64,000 nt of DNA. It comes from Acidimicrobiales bacterium (GTDB lineage Bacteria > Actinomycetota > Acidimicrobiia > Acidimicrobiales > JBBSGY01). The DNA lies in assembly GCA_044220495.1 (NCBI GenBank), contig JBGAQY010000010.1:8126-72125 (forward strand). Direction: 5' to 3'. A program made the position numbers and the translations under genes. Below are positions 45,523-54,773 of the stretch, piece after piece; the stretch's first letter is position 1, and each line of letters begins with the position of its first letter. The notes below the pieces were generated by a model that ran no database searches, had not been told where the DNA came from, and saw nothing but the letters and a program-made list of their open reading frames with translations.

Positions 45523-45845
45523 CCGCCAAAGATCCGTCTTCTGATGGCAGCGACATTCTGGAAGATGCGAATGCCAAACACGACGACGATGGCCGTTGCG
45601 ACATCGGCAGCGAGCTGGTCGCCCACCCAGACCAATCCGACCGCGACAACGGCATTGAGGCTGAACGAGATTAAGAAGATGCGATCGTTAAATGTCTGTT
45701 CGAGCCACGAACGGATTCCACCGAACGACGCGTCAATAGCAGCGACAACAACCATTGCAACGTAGCGAGTGAAGTCTTGCGGAACGTTTGGCTGAAGTAC
45801 GTAAGCAATCAGAGCACCGAGGGCTAAACCGAGAAACGCGAGCAC
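45519..45845 (-). CDS. Small basic membrane protein (DUF1290)
   Basis: 108 aa, three TM segments, FGGIR and a C-terminal RRRIFGG. Sandwiched between two DUF881 genes, as in other actinobacteria. Confidence 0.75.
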   Translation of the reverse strand: MLAFLGLALGALIAYVLQPNVPQDFTRYVAMVVVAAIDASFGGIRSWLEQTFNDRIFLISFSLNAVVAVGLVWVGDQLAADVATAIVVVFGIRIFQNVAAIRRRIFGG

Positions 45846-45848
45846 TAG

Positions 45849-46604
45849 CTACTTACCCCGATTCTGCCCGCTGGCGGGGATCGTCGGAGTATTAACGGCC
45901 TCAGCTGGTTGGGCGAGGTCAATGGCCACCCGCCCACGGTAACCCGGAACCGAAATCTCTTTCTGGCTATCGACACTAAAACCGAGGTCGTACTTTTCTT
46001 CCCAGTCACGGAAGTGCGTCGCTATATCGCTCGCGTTGAACTGTTTCTTGTCGGCCCCAATGGCGTCGATGCGATACGGAGAGTTCACCGGTCGGTAGTT
46101 GACCACAATGGTGCCGCCTGCTGCACGAATAGGGGTGACAGCAACAACGCGGTTGTCGTTGATCGACACAGCTTCGGCCCCCGCCGCAAACAATGCGTTG
46201 ACGACAAGCTGGAGGTCACGATCTTGGATGCGACTTGCGTCGAACTTGGTTCCGTCTTGATCTGACTTTCGAGGCGCGTCAGACATCTTGACCACGATGC
46301 CCGACCCCTTCACCGCGACCGTACCGGCCGCAAGCGCGAGTGCATCTTTCTGTTTGTTTTCCTCGTCGCTGAGCTGCGACGCACGACCAGCAGCGACCTG
46401 CGCGTTCTCGACCTGTCCGCGCAGCTCGGCAACAGCTTTATCCAAGTCGTCGACATCACGACGTTGTTGCAGAACCTGTTCGACTAACGCTTTTCGCTTC
46501 GGCTCTTCAGAACGGTTGGCAGCCGAGGTTTCGGTGCCGGCAACAACCAGCAAGAAACCGACCAGCGTCAATGTGGCGACAAGGGCTAATGGCGGACGAG
46601 CCAT
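45849..46604 (-). CDS. DUF881-domain membrane protein
   Basis: VKGSGIVVKMSD ... LVVNALFAAGAEAVSINDNRV. A paralog of 44644-45522. Confidence 0.75.
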   Translation of the reverse strand: MARPPLALVATLTLVGFLLVVAGTETSAANRSEEPKRKALVEQVLQQRRDVDDLDKAVAELRGQVENAQVAAGRASQLSDEENKQKDALALAAGTVAVKGSGIVVKMSDAPRKSDQDGTKFDASRIQDRDLQLVVNALFAAGAEAVSINDNRVVAVTPIRAAGGTIVVNYRPVNSPYRIDAIGADKKQFNASDIATHFRDWEEKYDLGFSVDSQKEISVPGYRGRVAIDLAQPAEAVNTPTIPASGQNRGK

Positions 46605-49096
46605 CAGGGACGCATCGACTGGCGGATTTGGCGGACATATTGCTGAGCGATCGTGCGTGCATCACGACCCGATGGACCTTCGGCCCAAACATGAGTAAGC
46701 GGCTTTTCAGGATCAGGCAAGACAAGCGCCCAACTGTCGCCATCACAAACCTTCACGCCGTCGACAAGAACGAGTTCGCGGTCGCGAATCGACTCAAGCA
46801 GGCTGCGCATCAACAGGCCCTTTTGCTCCCACGGAGTGGCCACTGTCTCGTGCGCGATGTGCACCTTTGGCAAATCGCTCACCAACTCAGACAGTCGGCG
46901 TTGCGTTTGCGCCAGCATGCCCAAGATGTTGACGAAGGCCGAGATTGCGTCGAAGGCTGGCAAGAAACCAGGAAAGACGAAACCCCCTTCGTCGCCAGCA
47001 CCAAGCGCCATGCCTTTTTCAGACGAGCGTTCCATCAAGTCAGAGACAGCAAGTTTCGTCCACTCGATCTCTAACCCGTATTCGCTGGCGACTCGCTGTG
47101 CGGCGACGGGAGCCGACACCGGCAACGCGACTCTGCGATTGTCGACTGCTGTTTCGCCGGCTAAACGCAACACACATAGACGCGCTTCTTCGTCGGATAA
47201 CACATGGCCGTTGTCGTCGACAAGCATGATGTGTTCGCCGTCAGGGTCGAACACTGCACCCATGTGCGAGCCAGAGGCTTGCACGAGCGCAGCAACACGC
47301 GCTGCGTGTTCAGATCGTTCGAACTTGAGCATCGAGCGTGTCGAGCCAAACGGATTCACAGTAAGTACTTCCGCGTTCAGCTTTGACAGCACATTTGGCA
47401 TCACGAAGCTCGGCGAGCCGTAGGCATAATCGAGAACGACTTTCGGAGCCATTCCTCTGATCGCGTCGAGCGGAACTGTCGCCATTAACGCCTCGGTGTA
47501 GTACTCGATGGCACGTGAAGGAAACCCGATGTCGCCAATCTCGCTTGCCGCCACCCGACGAAAATCTTCACGGTGGTAAAGGCGCTCGATCTTGCGTTGC
47601 ATGCCTTCGTCAATGTCGTGGCCGTTTTCATCGAAGAAGCGGATGACAACTGACTGCGGATCATCGGGAGCCAATCGAACCGTCACACCAGCGCGACTGC
47701 GTTGCGAACGTACTTGAAATCGAGTGACTGGCACAGGGGCCACCTCGAGATCCAACACGTTGGCGCCGGCTGCGTTGAGTCCAGCCTGAATGGCGCGCAC
47801 AACAGCGCGGGCGGCACGCGATGAGTCACGCGACACGCTGATCGTGGTTCCCTTTTCGAGAGTCGATGCAAAGGCCATGGCCACGCGCACAGCAAGCTCG
47901 GGTGTTATGTCGACGTTGGCAAGTCCGGCGACTCCCAAAACGCCAAAGAGGTTTCGCGCTGCGCGCGACTCCCAAACAATTGAGCTGTTTACGACAGCAC
48001 CATGCTCGACTTCTTTGTGCGGATAGATCTTCACGCCTGCGCTGATCACGGCGTGATCACCGACGAAAGACTCATCACCGATAACTACGTTCTCTTCACA
48101 ACGCACGCCCCGCCGCAGATCAACCGAACGTCCAAGCACGTTGCCGCGCAACCGCACGACAGGCCCTATGTAACAGTTGTCGTGAACAACGGTGCGCTCG
48201 GTGTCGGCCCCTTCACCGACGCGAACGTTCGAGCCAAGAACGGTGTATTCGCCGATGCGCGCACCGGCCGCGACTGTTGTGTACGAACCTATGACACCCG
48301 GGCCCTCGACAATCGCGTCGGGGTCGACTTCGCTCCCCTCACCCAGCCACACACCGTTTTCCAAGCGGAAACCGGGGATGTCAATCGAGGCTTTCCCGTC
48401 GAGCACGTCATAGTGCGCTTTGAGATAAGCGGGCAGTGTGCCGACGTCTTCCCAATATCCGTCCGCGATGTGACCATAAATCGGCTTTTGCTGACGCAGT
48501 AAACGCGGAAACACGTCGCTCGAGAAATCAGCCGCTTGCGCTACCGGTATGTGATCGAAGATCTCGGGTTCGAGAACATAGATGCCTGTGTTGACGGTGT
48601 CGCTAAAGACCTGCCCCCATGTCGGCTTCTCGAGGAAGTGTTGAATCGAACCGTCGTCGTTCGTTATGACGATGCCGAACTCAAGTGGGTTCTCCATCGA
48701 CTTCAAGGCAATCGTGGCGAGGGCTGACTTCTCGCGATGAGAGTTGACGAGCGCGGACAAATCAATGTCTGTAAGAACGTCGCCCGAGATCACCAAGAAC
48801 GTCTCGTTGAGCTCGTCCATTGCATTCATTACCGAACCAGCGGTGCCAAGTGGAGTCTCTTCGGTCGCGTACGCCATGCGCACGCCAAACTCTGAACCGT
48901 CACCGAAGTAGTTGCGAATGCTGTTCGCAAGAAACGAGACCGTGACAACGATGTCGTCGAAACCATGACGACTCAAGAGCTTTACGATGTGCTCCATCAT
49001 CGGTCGATTGGCTAGAGGCAGCATTGGTTTCGGCTGCCGCGACGTAAGCGGACGAAGACGCGTGCCTTCACCACCGGCCATGATCACGGCCTTCAT
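46604..49096 (-). CDS. Fusion of sugar-1-phosphate nucleotidyltransferase (ManC-like), left-handed beta-helix and a phosphohexomutase-like domain
   Basis: N-terminus MKAVIMAGGEGTRLRPLT..PKPMLP. Hexapeptide repeats in the middle. The C-terminal 450 aa is PGM/PMM-like, but RLAPDDP stands where TASHNP is expected. Confidence 0.8.
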   Translation of the reverse strand: MKAVIMAGGEGTRLRPLTSRQPKPMLPLANRPMMEHIVKLLSRHGFDDIVVTVSFLANSIRNYFGDGSEFGVRMAYATEETPLGTAGSVMNAMDELNETFLVISGDVLTDIDLSALVNSHREKSALATIALKSMENPLEFGIVITNDDGSIQHFLEKPTWGQVFSDTVNTGIYVLEPEIFDHIPVAQAADFSSDVFPRLLRQQKPIYGHIADGYWEDVGTLPAYLKAHYDVLDGKASIDIPGFRLENGVWLGEGSEVDPDAIVEGPGVIGSYTTVAAGARIGEYTVLGSNVRVGEGADTERTVVHDNCYIGPVVRLRGNVLGRSVDLRRGVRCEENVVIGDESFVGDHAVISAGVKIYPHKEVEHGAVVNSSIVWESRAARNLFGVLGVAGLANVDITPELAVRVAMAFASTLEKGTTISVSRDSSRAARAVVRAIQAGLNAAGANVLDLEVAPVPVTRFQVRSQRSRAGVTVRLAPDDPQSVVIRFFDENGHDIDEGMQRKIERLYHREDFRRVAASEIGDIGFPSRAIEYYTEALMATVPLDAIRGMAPKVVLDYAYGSPSFVMPNVLSKLNAEVLTVNPFGSTRSMLKFERSEHAARVAALVQASGSHMGAVFDPDGEHIMLVDDNGHVLSDEEARLCVLRLAGETAVDNRRVALPVSAPVAAQRVASEYGLEIEWTKLAVSDLMERSSEKGMALGAGDEGGFVFPGFLPAFDAISAFVNILGMLAQTQRRLSELVSDLPKVHIAHETVATPWEQKGLLMRSLLESIRDRELVLVDGVKVCDGDSWALVLPDPEKPLTHVWAEGPSGRDARTIAQQYVRQIRQSMRP

Positions 49097-49716
49097 GGCT
49101 CTACCTTTCTCACCGGCTCCGCGCTCGCTGCTTTGGCATCGCGCTCGGCTTGTCGCCTTTCACGTCCGCGATGCATGGCTTCGATCGCGAGCTTGCGGTA
49201 TTCCAAAACGGAGTACCAAGCGAGGACAAGACCGGGAATGCCAAACACGTACGCCAAGACGCGCGCTTCTGACGCCCAGCCAACACCAGCGTGTGAAACC
49301 AAAAACAGCGGGAGTGAAATCATCAAACCCATCGCACCGGCTTTGCCGATCAGCTGTACATCGATGCGCGCCATGCCGAGCGAATACAAGATGACGCCGC
49401 CAATCACGACAAACAGCTCGCGGCCTAATGCAGCGACACCGAACCACCACGGCATCGCGCCAACGTTGAGCACGGCGACAGCAGCGACAACCAACATGAT
49501 GCGATCAGCGGTTGGGTCGAACACTTTCCCAAAAGTCGACACCTGGTTGTAGTGACGAGCGATGTAGCCATCAACCCAATCGGTTGTGCCCAGGAAAGCA
49601 AGAAGCCACGCGGCGAAGTGATAGTTCTCAGCGCCGTAGACCAAATAGACAAACCACGGAACGCAAGCAAGGCGCCCAACCGAGATGGCATTGGGGATGG
49701 TGAGTATCCGGTCCAC
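49093..49716 (-). CDS. CDP-alcohol phosphatidyltransferase (PgsA-like)
   Basis: DGYIAR-x8-G-x3-DPTADR motif and multiple TM segments. Confidence 0.8.
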   Translation of the reverse strand: MDRILTIPNAISVGRLACVPWFVYLVYGAENYHFAAWLLAFLGTTDWVDGYIARHYNQVSTFGKVFDPTADRIMLVVAAVAVLNVGAMPWWFGVAALGRELFVVIGGVILYSLGMARIDVQLIGKAGAMGLMISLPLFLVSHAGVGWASEARVLAYVFGIPGLVLAWYSVLEYRKLAIEAMHRGRERRQAERDAKAASAEPVRKVEP

Positions 49717-49769
49717 GATTTTTTCAGCCTAAAGCGTCATCCGATGAAAAGGGACGCGATACTGGGTTT

Positions 49770-50528
49770 ATGTCACGTCGTTCGATTTTTGCCTGCGCAC
49801 TTGCAGCAATCATCGCGCTGAGCGGCTGCGGTGGGTCGGGCGATCAAACGAAAACATCGAACACCAACCCGACGATCACCATGTCTGAAGCAGAAGTTCT
49901 TCGGGCCGCGAAGCTGCCACTCGACTCGACTGACATCGCCTCCGCAGTTACCGCCACTAATGCGAACCCGCCAAACACTGCGAGGCCTACACCTTCTAGT
50001 TATGCAGGCAACCCCGACGTCTTGAACGTCATGCGCGAATGCAAGGTTGCCCAACTCACCAAGGCAGCCAATCCAGCGACCGGCATCGGGCTACCCGTGC
50101 TCGTGCCCGATCCTGTCGACGGCAAGAACCTAACGATTTCCTCGAGTGCAGCGATCGAACCAACTCAAGAAAGCGCGCAAAAAGCGCTCACCCTGCTGCA
50201 GTTCGAAGGCACGCCGTTTTGCATGCAGCGCGCTTTTGAGAAAACCGTTGAGGCACAACGGTCATACGACAAAGCAATCGAAGCGCTACTAACTGTTGAT
50301 CCGCTGACGCTGCCGGGGCTTGGCGGACGTACGGCCGCCTTTCGCTTCCATGTCACGGTAAACCGCCCCCTCCAACCGCGTGTCGATCAATGGGCCGACG
50401 TGATGGTTACCTTCATCGGGCGCACACAAATGCTCATCATTGTGAACAGTTCAGACAAAGCGCCCTCTGACGCTTTTGACCTCAAACTCGTCGAGCGAGC
50501 CCGCACCAAGGCATTACAGGGCTCTTAG
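49770..50528 (+). CDS. Putative lipoprotein
   Basis: Signal peptide with lipobox ALSGC. Two further conserved Cys residues. A paralog of the next gene. Confidence 0.6.
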   Translation: MSRRSIFACALAAIIALSGCGGSGDQTKTSNTNPTITMSEAEVLRAAKLPLDSTDIASAVTATNANPPNTARPTPSSYAGNPDVLNVMRECKVAQLTKAANPATGIGLPVLVPDPVDGKNLTISSSAAIEPTQESAQKALTLLQFEGTPFCMQRAFEKTVEAQRSYDKAIEALLTVDPLTLPGLGGRTAAFRFHVTVNRPLQPRVDQWADVMVTFIGRTQMLIIVNSSDKAPSDAFDLKLVERARTKALQGS

Positions 50529-50627
50529 CTGTCGACAGAGTTTGCGTTACCGATCCTGAGTTATCGGTGAATTCGCAGCGTTCTGCAACGAATTGCCTGC
50601 ACAAAGCCGCTCTGCCTCTGTAGCCTC

Positions 50628-51452
50628 GTGCCGATGTCACGAACGACGCCAGCGGAAGCCAATTGCAAACCTCGCTTTTCATCACGCCACTCTCGGGCAC
50701 TGAAGTCAGCGACGCTTGGTGTTGTTCTCGTGCTCGCATCGTCGCTGAGCGCATGCGGCGGTGGCGAACCCGCTGTTGCTCCGGCCAACGGCACATACCC
50801 TGCAGCCGACCCGTCTGCTGATGCACAGCTCGCAAACAAGCTGTTGCTCGAAAAGGCAGACATGCCCACCGACTACGCACAGCCCGCCGAGGGCAGCCCA
50901 ACACCGACACCACTTCTGCCCCAGATCGCCGATGCGCCCGCTGCCTGCAAAGCGCTACTCGACGCCGGGCGCGGCGGCACGTCGATTTCCGCATCGGCTA
51001 CCGGCACCATGTTTTTCAAAAACGCTGGAACCTCGTTTCAATCAAGCATTGCAAGCACGGTCGAACTGATGACCGATGCGTCAATGACGAAAGACGTGCT
51101 CAGCATTTACGAAGATTCGTCCAACAACTTGTGCTTGCGTCGATTGCTTGAGCCGCTGTGGCGACAAATGCTCCCCGGCGCCAGCGATGCTTCGTCGGGA
51201 ACAGATCTGAGCGTCAAGGCCCTGAAAGAAACCAGCGGCGACGCAACGATCGTTCGCGTGAGTGGCTCTGTTCACTCCGGACGCCAAACAATTGTCAGTT
51301 CGCTCGATGTCGTGATGGTTGTCACCGATCGCGCTCAGTCAGTTGCCTATATCAGTACGAGCGGAGCTGATCCGTCGTCAGAACTTGACGATCAAGTCAT
51401 CACCCAACTGCGCGCCAAAGCGCGTGACGCGCTTGCGTCGGGGGCGAAGTAA
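50628..51452 (+). CDS. Putative lipoprotein (paralog)
   Basis: Lipobox SLSAC. Same Cys-pair spacing pattern as 49770-50528. The start codon is uncertain (GTG 50628 or ATG 50634). Confidence 0.55.
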   Translation: MPMSRTTPAEANCKPRFSSRHSRALKSATLGVVLVLASSLSACGGGEPAVAPANGTYPAADPSADAQLANKLLLEKADMPTDYAQPAEGSPTPTPLLPQIADAPAACKALLDAGRGGTSISASATGTMFFKNAGTSFQSSIASTVELMTDASMTKDVLSIYEDSSNNLCLRRLLEPLWRQMLPGASDASSGTDLSVKALKETSGDATIVRVSGSVHSGRQTIVSSLDVVMVVTDRAQSVAYISTSGADPSSELDDQVITQLRAKARDALASGAK

Positions 51453-52054
51453 TGCTCGCAACAACCCTTGGCGCGGCCATCTATGGCAATGCAACAAACG
51501 ACGCAGTTGTGCTGTTCTTGTCGATGCTTGCGATCTTGTGCCAGGTATTTTTGGCGATCGTCATCGCGTCGCGCGTGCTTGGCATCTGGGTGACGCCTGC
51601 GCGCAACCTCTACGAATCAATTGCCAACAACATCGGCCCAGTAGCTCTACCGGTTGCATTTTTGGTTGCGCTGGTCACGATGTCAGGCAGTCTTTACTTT
51701 TCCGAAGTGATTCACTGGCGGCCCTGCAACCTGTGTTGGTACCAGAGGATCTTGATCTATTCGATGGTTCCGATTCTCGGTCTCGCCACACTCCGTAGAG
51801 ATGTCCGCATCTGGCCCTACGGCGTCTTACTGGCCGCCATCTGTCTGCCTATCTCGACTTATCACTACTTGCTCGAGTGGTATCCGCAGCTCGAGACCTC
51901 TGTGTGTTCACTCGACGTGCCGTGCACGGCTGTGTATCTACGCAAGTTCAACTACCTTTCAATTCCATTGATGGCCGGTACTTGCGCAGCAACAGTGTTG
52001 ACGCTGTTGCTGTTGGCTCGTCGGTCATCATCGCAAAACGACTCGCAGGAGTAG
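51452..52054 (+). CDS. DsbB/BdbC-family disulfide bond formation protein
   Basis: CNLCWYQRI motif in the first periplasmic loop, second Cys pair CSLDVPC, four TM segments. Confidence 0.7.
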   Translation: MLATTLGAAIYGNATNDAVVLFLSMLAILCQVFLAIVIASRVLGIWVTPARNLYESIANNIGPVALPVAFLVALVTMSGSLYFSEVIHWRPCNLCWYQRILIYSMVPILGLATLRRDVRIWPYGVLLAAICLPISTYHYLLEWYPQLETSVCSLDVPCTAVYLRKFNYLSIPLMAGTCAATVLTLLLLARRSSSQNDSQE

Positions 52055-52058
52055 TCAA

Positions 52059-52739
52059 ATGGCAAAGCCCCGCGCACCAAAACCACAAGTTGGAGTTCCG
52101 ACCCCCGGGCGCAACAACGTGCCGATCTTGATTGGCGGATTGTTCGTCATCGTCATCCTGGCAATCGTCGCCATCATTTCGACATCAGGCGGTGACGACG
52201 AAGACAACACCGACGTTCGCGTTCTCGAATCGCAAGCGGTGAAGGTCACCGGCGCATCACTCCAGCCGAAGCCCGAAAGCGGCGACGATCCAGCTGTCGG
52301 TTCACAGATTCCGACCATCGAAGGCAAGACCTTCACGAGCGAACCTGTCACCATCAGCCCGAGCGACGGTCGCGCCAAAGTCGTTTTCGTGGTTGCCCAC
52401 TGGTGCCCTCACTGCCGTAAAGAGGTTCCGCTGCTCAGTGACTGGATCAGCGCCAACAAGAGCAAGTACCCCGTCGACTACTACGCGCTTTCGTCTTCAG
52501 TGCAGCCAACCGGCGCCAACTACCCGCCATCGAGGTGGCTCGAAGATGAGAAGTTCCCGGCGATCACCATTGCCGATGACCGCAACAACACCGGTGCTAC
52601 TGCGCTTGGCCTCGGCGGCTTCCCTTACATGATCTTCGTTGACAAAAAGGGAAACATCGTCAGTCGTACGTCAGGCGAAATCCCGATGGACCAATTCGAG
52701 ACGTTCGTCAAAGCGGCCGCTGAAGCAAACCCGGCATAG
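52059..52739 (+). CDS. Membrane-anchored thioredoxin-fold thiol:disulfide oxidoreductase (TlpA/DsbA-like)
   Basis: N-terminal TM anchor, then VVAHWCPHCRKEVP (CxxC active site). Confidence 0.7.
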   Translation: MAKPRAPKPQVGVPTPGRNNVPILIGGLFVIVILAIVAIISTSGGDDEDNTDVRVLESQAVKVTGASLQPKPESGDDPAVGSQIPTIEGKTFTSEPVTISPSDGRAKVVFVVAHWCPHCRKEVPLLSDWISANKSKYPVDYYALSSSVQPTGANYPPSRWLEDEKFPAITIADDRNNTGATALGLGGFPYMIFVDKKGNIVSRTSGEIPMDQFETFVKAAAEANPA

Positions 52740-52804
52740 CTGCGGTCGCCACTTCGCGTTGCGAGCGACCCAGCTGCGCAACGTTGTCGCACTAGTCTCT
52801 CGCC

Positions 52805-53728
52805 GTGCATCAAGAAGCCGGTAAAAAAGCCATTGTCGCGGCCCTAGCCGCCAACCTCGCCATAGCGGTGTCTAAACTCGTGGGCTTTGCCATCACGGGC
52901 GCAGCCTCGATGTTGGCCGAGTCAATTCACTCGCTTGCCGACTCGGGCAATCAAGGCCTCTTGTTGCTCGGGCGGAAGCTCTCCAACCGGCCTCCCGATG
53001 ATGAGCATCCTTTTGGCTATGGACGCGAACGTTTCTTTTGGGCCTTCGTGGTGTCAATCGTGCTCTTCAGCCTCGGTTCATTGGCGGCGCTTTACGAGGG
53101 CGTCAACAAGCTGCGCCATCCGCATGAGCTCGAAAGCCCGATCGTTGCCGTCGTGATCTTGGTCGTGGCAATCGTGCTCGAGTCGTTCTCATTCCGCACC
53201 GCCATTCACGAAGCGCGACCACTCAAGGGAGACCTCACGTGGCGCCAATTCATCCGCCAAACCAAGGTTCCCGAACTTGCTGTTGTTCTGCTCGAAGACT
53301 TCGGCGCGTTACTCGGTTTGCTGTTCGCACTCGTAGGCGTTGGGCTTGCCACGGTTACTCACAACGCTCGCTTCGATGCGATGGGCAGTATCGCCATCGG
53401 CCTGTTGCTTGGGGCGATTGCGTACATCCTCGCTCGCGAAAACAAGAGTTTGCTGATCGGCGAATCGGCGAGCCCGTCAGAGATTGCGCTCGTGCGTTCG
53501 GCTATTGCTTCGGCACCCGCGGTCAACCATTTGATCCATCTGCGTACGTTGCAATTGAGCCCGAGCGAATTGCTGATCGCCGCGAAACTCGAGTTCGATA
53601 GCAGCCTCGATCAGGCCGGCCTTGCTGCCGCCATCGACGCCACTGAGGTTCTCATTCGGGCCGCCGTACCAACGGCACATCTCGTGTTCCTCGAACCCGA
53701 TCAGCTGCGACCCGCCGGCGCCGGATAG
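52805..53728 (+). CDS. Cation diffusion facilitator family transporter
   Basis: AESIHSLADSGNQ and HPFGYGRERFFWAF motifs, six TM segments, cytoplasmic C-terminal domain. Confidence 0.85.
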   Translation: MHQEAGKKAIVAALAANLAIAVSKLVGFAITGAASMLAESIHSLADSGNQGLLLLGRKLSNRPPDDEHPFGYGRERFFWAFVVSIVLFSLGSLAALYEGVNKLRHPHELESPIVAVVILVVAIVLESFSFRTAIHEARPLKGDLTWRQFIRQTKVPELAVVLLEDFGALLGLLFALVGVGLATVTHNARFDAMGSIAIGLLLGAIAYILARENKSLLIGESASPSEIALVRSAIASAPAVNHLIHLRTLQLSPSELLIAAKLEFDSSLDQAGLAAAIDATEVLIRAAVPTAHLVFLEPDQLRPAGAG

Positions 53729-53741
53729 GCCTGCGGCTCAG

Positions 53742-53957
53742 TTAGTCGCGAGGAGCCACGAGCGGGACGTCAATCGGACGTTCGAAACGACGCTCTTGCG
53801 TGCGGTGACGCTCGTAGAGCAGCGCGGCGGAGAGCTCCATCTCAAAACGCTCAGCGTCAATGCGGATGAGGTTCCGGCGCCGCTTTTCGTACAGAACGAT
53901 CGAAGACGCCACGGCGACCGCTATCAGCACGATTGCCAGACCCAATGCGTATGCCAT
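53742..53957 (-). CDS. Candidate 71-aa single-TM protein
   Basis: MAYALGLAIVLIAVAVASSIVLY..., with GGGAGAG 7 nt upstream of ATG 53957. The longer ORF-track version (to 54104) runs into repeat-rich sequence. Confidence 0.4.
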   Translation of the reverse strand: MAYALGLAIVLIAVAVASSIVLYEKRRRNLIRIDAERFEMELSAALLYERHRTQERRFERPIDVPLVAPRD

Positions 53958-54247
53958 CTGAGATCTCTCCCTGCCCGTATCCAGGGATAATGCCGCCGCA
54001 GGCCGACTTGAGTCGGCGCAAACCCCTGGCTGTTGATCGGCATCTTTCAGGGGCGACTTGAGGGTGGATTTCGCACCACCCTCAAACGCGAGCAAGCGCC
54101 GCAACCCCGTGCAAAGTCGCAGCGCTTGCTATGTAAGGCTCCCCGACCCAAAGGGTGCCAACCACTGAGGGTACCGACTCCCCCAGCTCGATCAATGACG
54201 AAAGTATTACAATACGTAAGATCGCCTCAGCTCCGTTGCACGTTGGT

Positions 54248-54386
54248 GGCCGTCGCTGACCTCGCCGCCACTGGCCGTCGCTGGCCGCTGGCCGCCGGCT
54301 GGCTGTCGCTAGCCGGCACTGGCTGTCGGCCGCTGGCCGGAGCTGACTGGCCGTCGCTGACCTCGCCGCCACTGGCCGTCGCTGGC
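54248..54386. repeat. Identical 38-nt direct repeat pair within a low-complexity CTGGCCG/TCGC tract
   Basis: GGCCGTCGCTGACCTCGCCGCCACTGGCCGTCGCTGGC occurs at 54248-54285 and 54349-54386 (period 101). Confidence 0.85.
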
Positions 54387-54490
54387 TGTCGGCCGCCGCT
54401 GACCTCGATGTCAGATACTCGCCGGCCGCCGCTGGCCTCGAGTACCACGCCACCCGGGCCGCCCGCCACCGACTGACACAACTCTGCCGT

Positions 54491-54530
54491 GCGGAGTCGG
54501 AGTCAAGGTCAACGTTGACTCCGACTCCGC
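54491..54530. repeat. 40-nt perfect palindrome, type 2 (GCGGAGTCGGAGTCAA-N8-TTGACTCCGACTCCGC)
   Basis: 16-nt perfect arms with the same architecture as 34968-35007. Confidence 0.85.
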
Positions 54531-54685
54531 ACGCGCACAACTCGCCAGGCCGCGCGCCGCACGCTTCAGGCCGCGGCGCCGCACGGTCCATGCGGCGCCC
54601 CGCGCGCCGCAAGCTTCAGGCCCGCCATCAAGCGCGGCGCGCCCGGGCCGAACCTCATTGCCCGAACCCCATTGCCCGAACCTCA

Positions 54686-54756
54686 TTTCAACTACGCGAT
54701 ATGACCAAATCTGGGCCGGATCCGGCCTTGTTTTGGGCTTTTCGCGTGGGTGAAAG
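54686..54756. repeat. Palindromic intergenic element, copy e
   Basis: TTTCAACTACGCGATATGACCAAA ... central GGCCGGATCCGGCC ... TTTTGGGCTTTTCGCGTGGGTGAAAG. Confidence 0.85.
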
Positions 54757-54773
54757 CAGCACATCCCTCAAAT

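Noticed and set aside
54230-54690. Possible CRISPR array suggested by repeated units.
   Set aside because: The repeats are low-complexity, of unequal length and irregularly spaced: one 38-nt pair at a 101-nt period plus unrelated duplications. There is no repeat-spacer regularity and there are no cas genes in the window.
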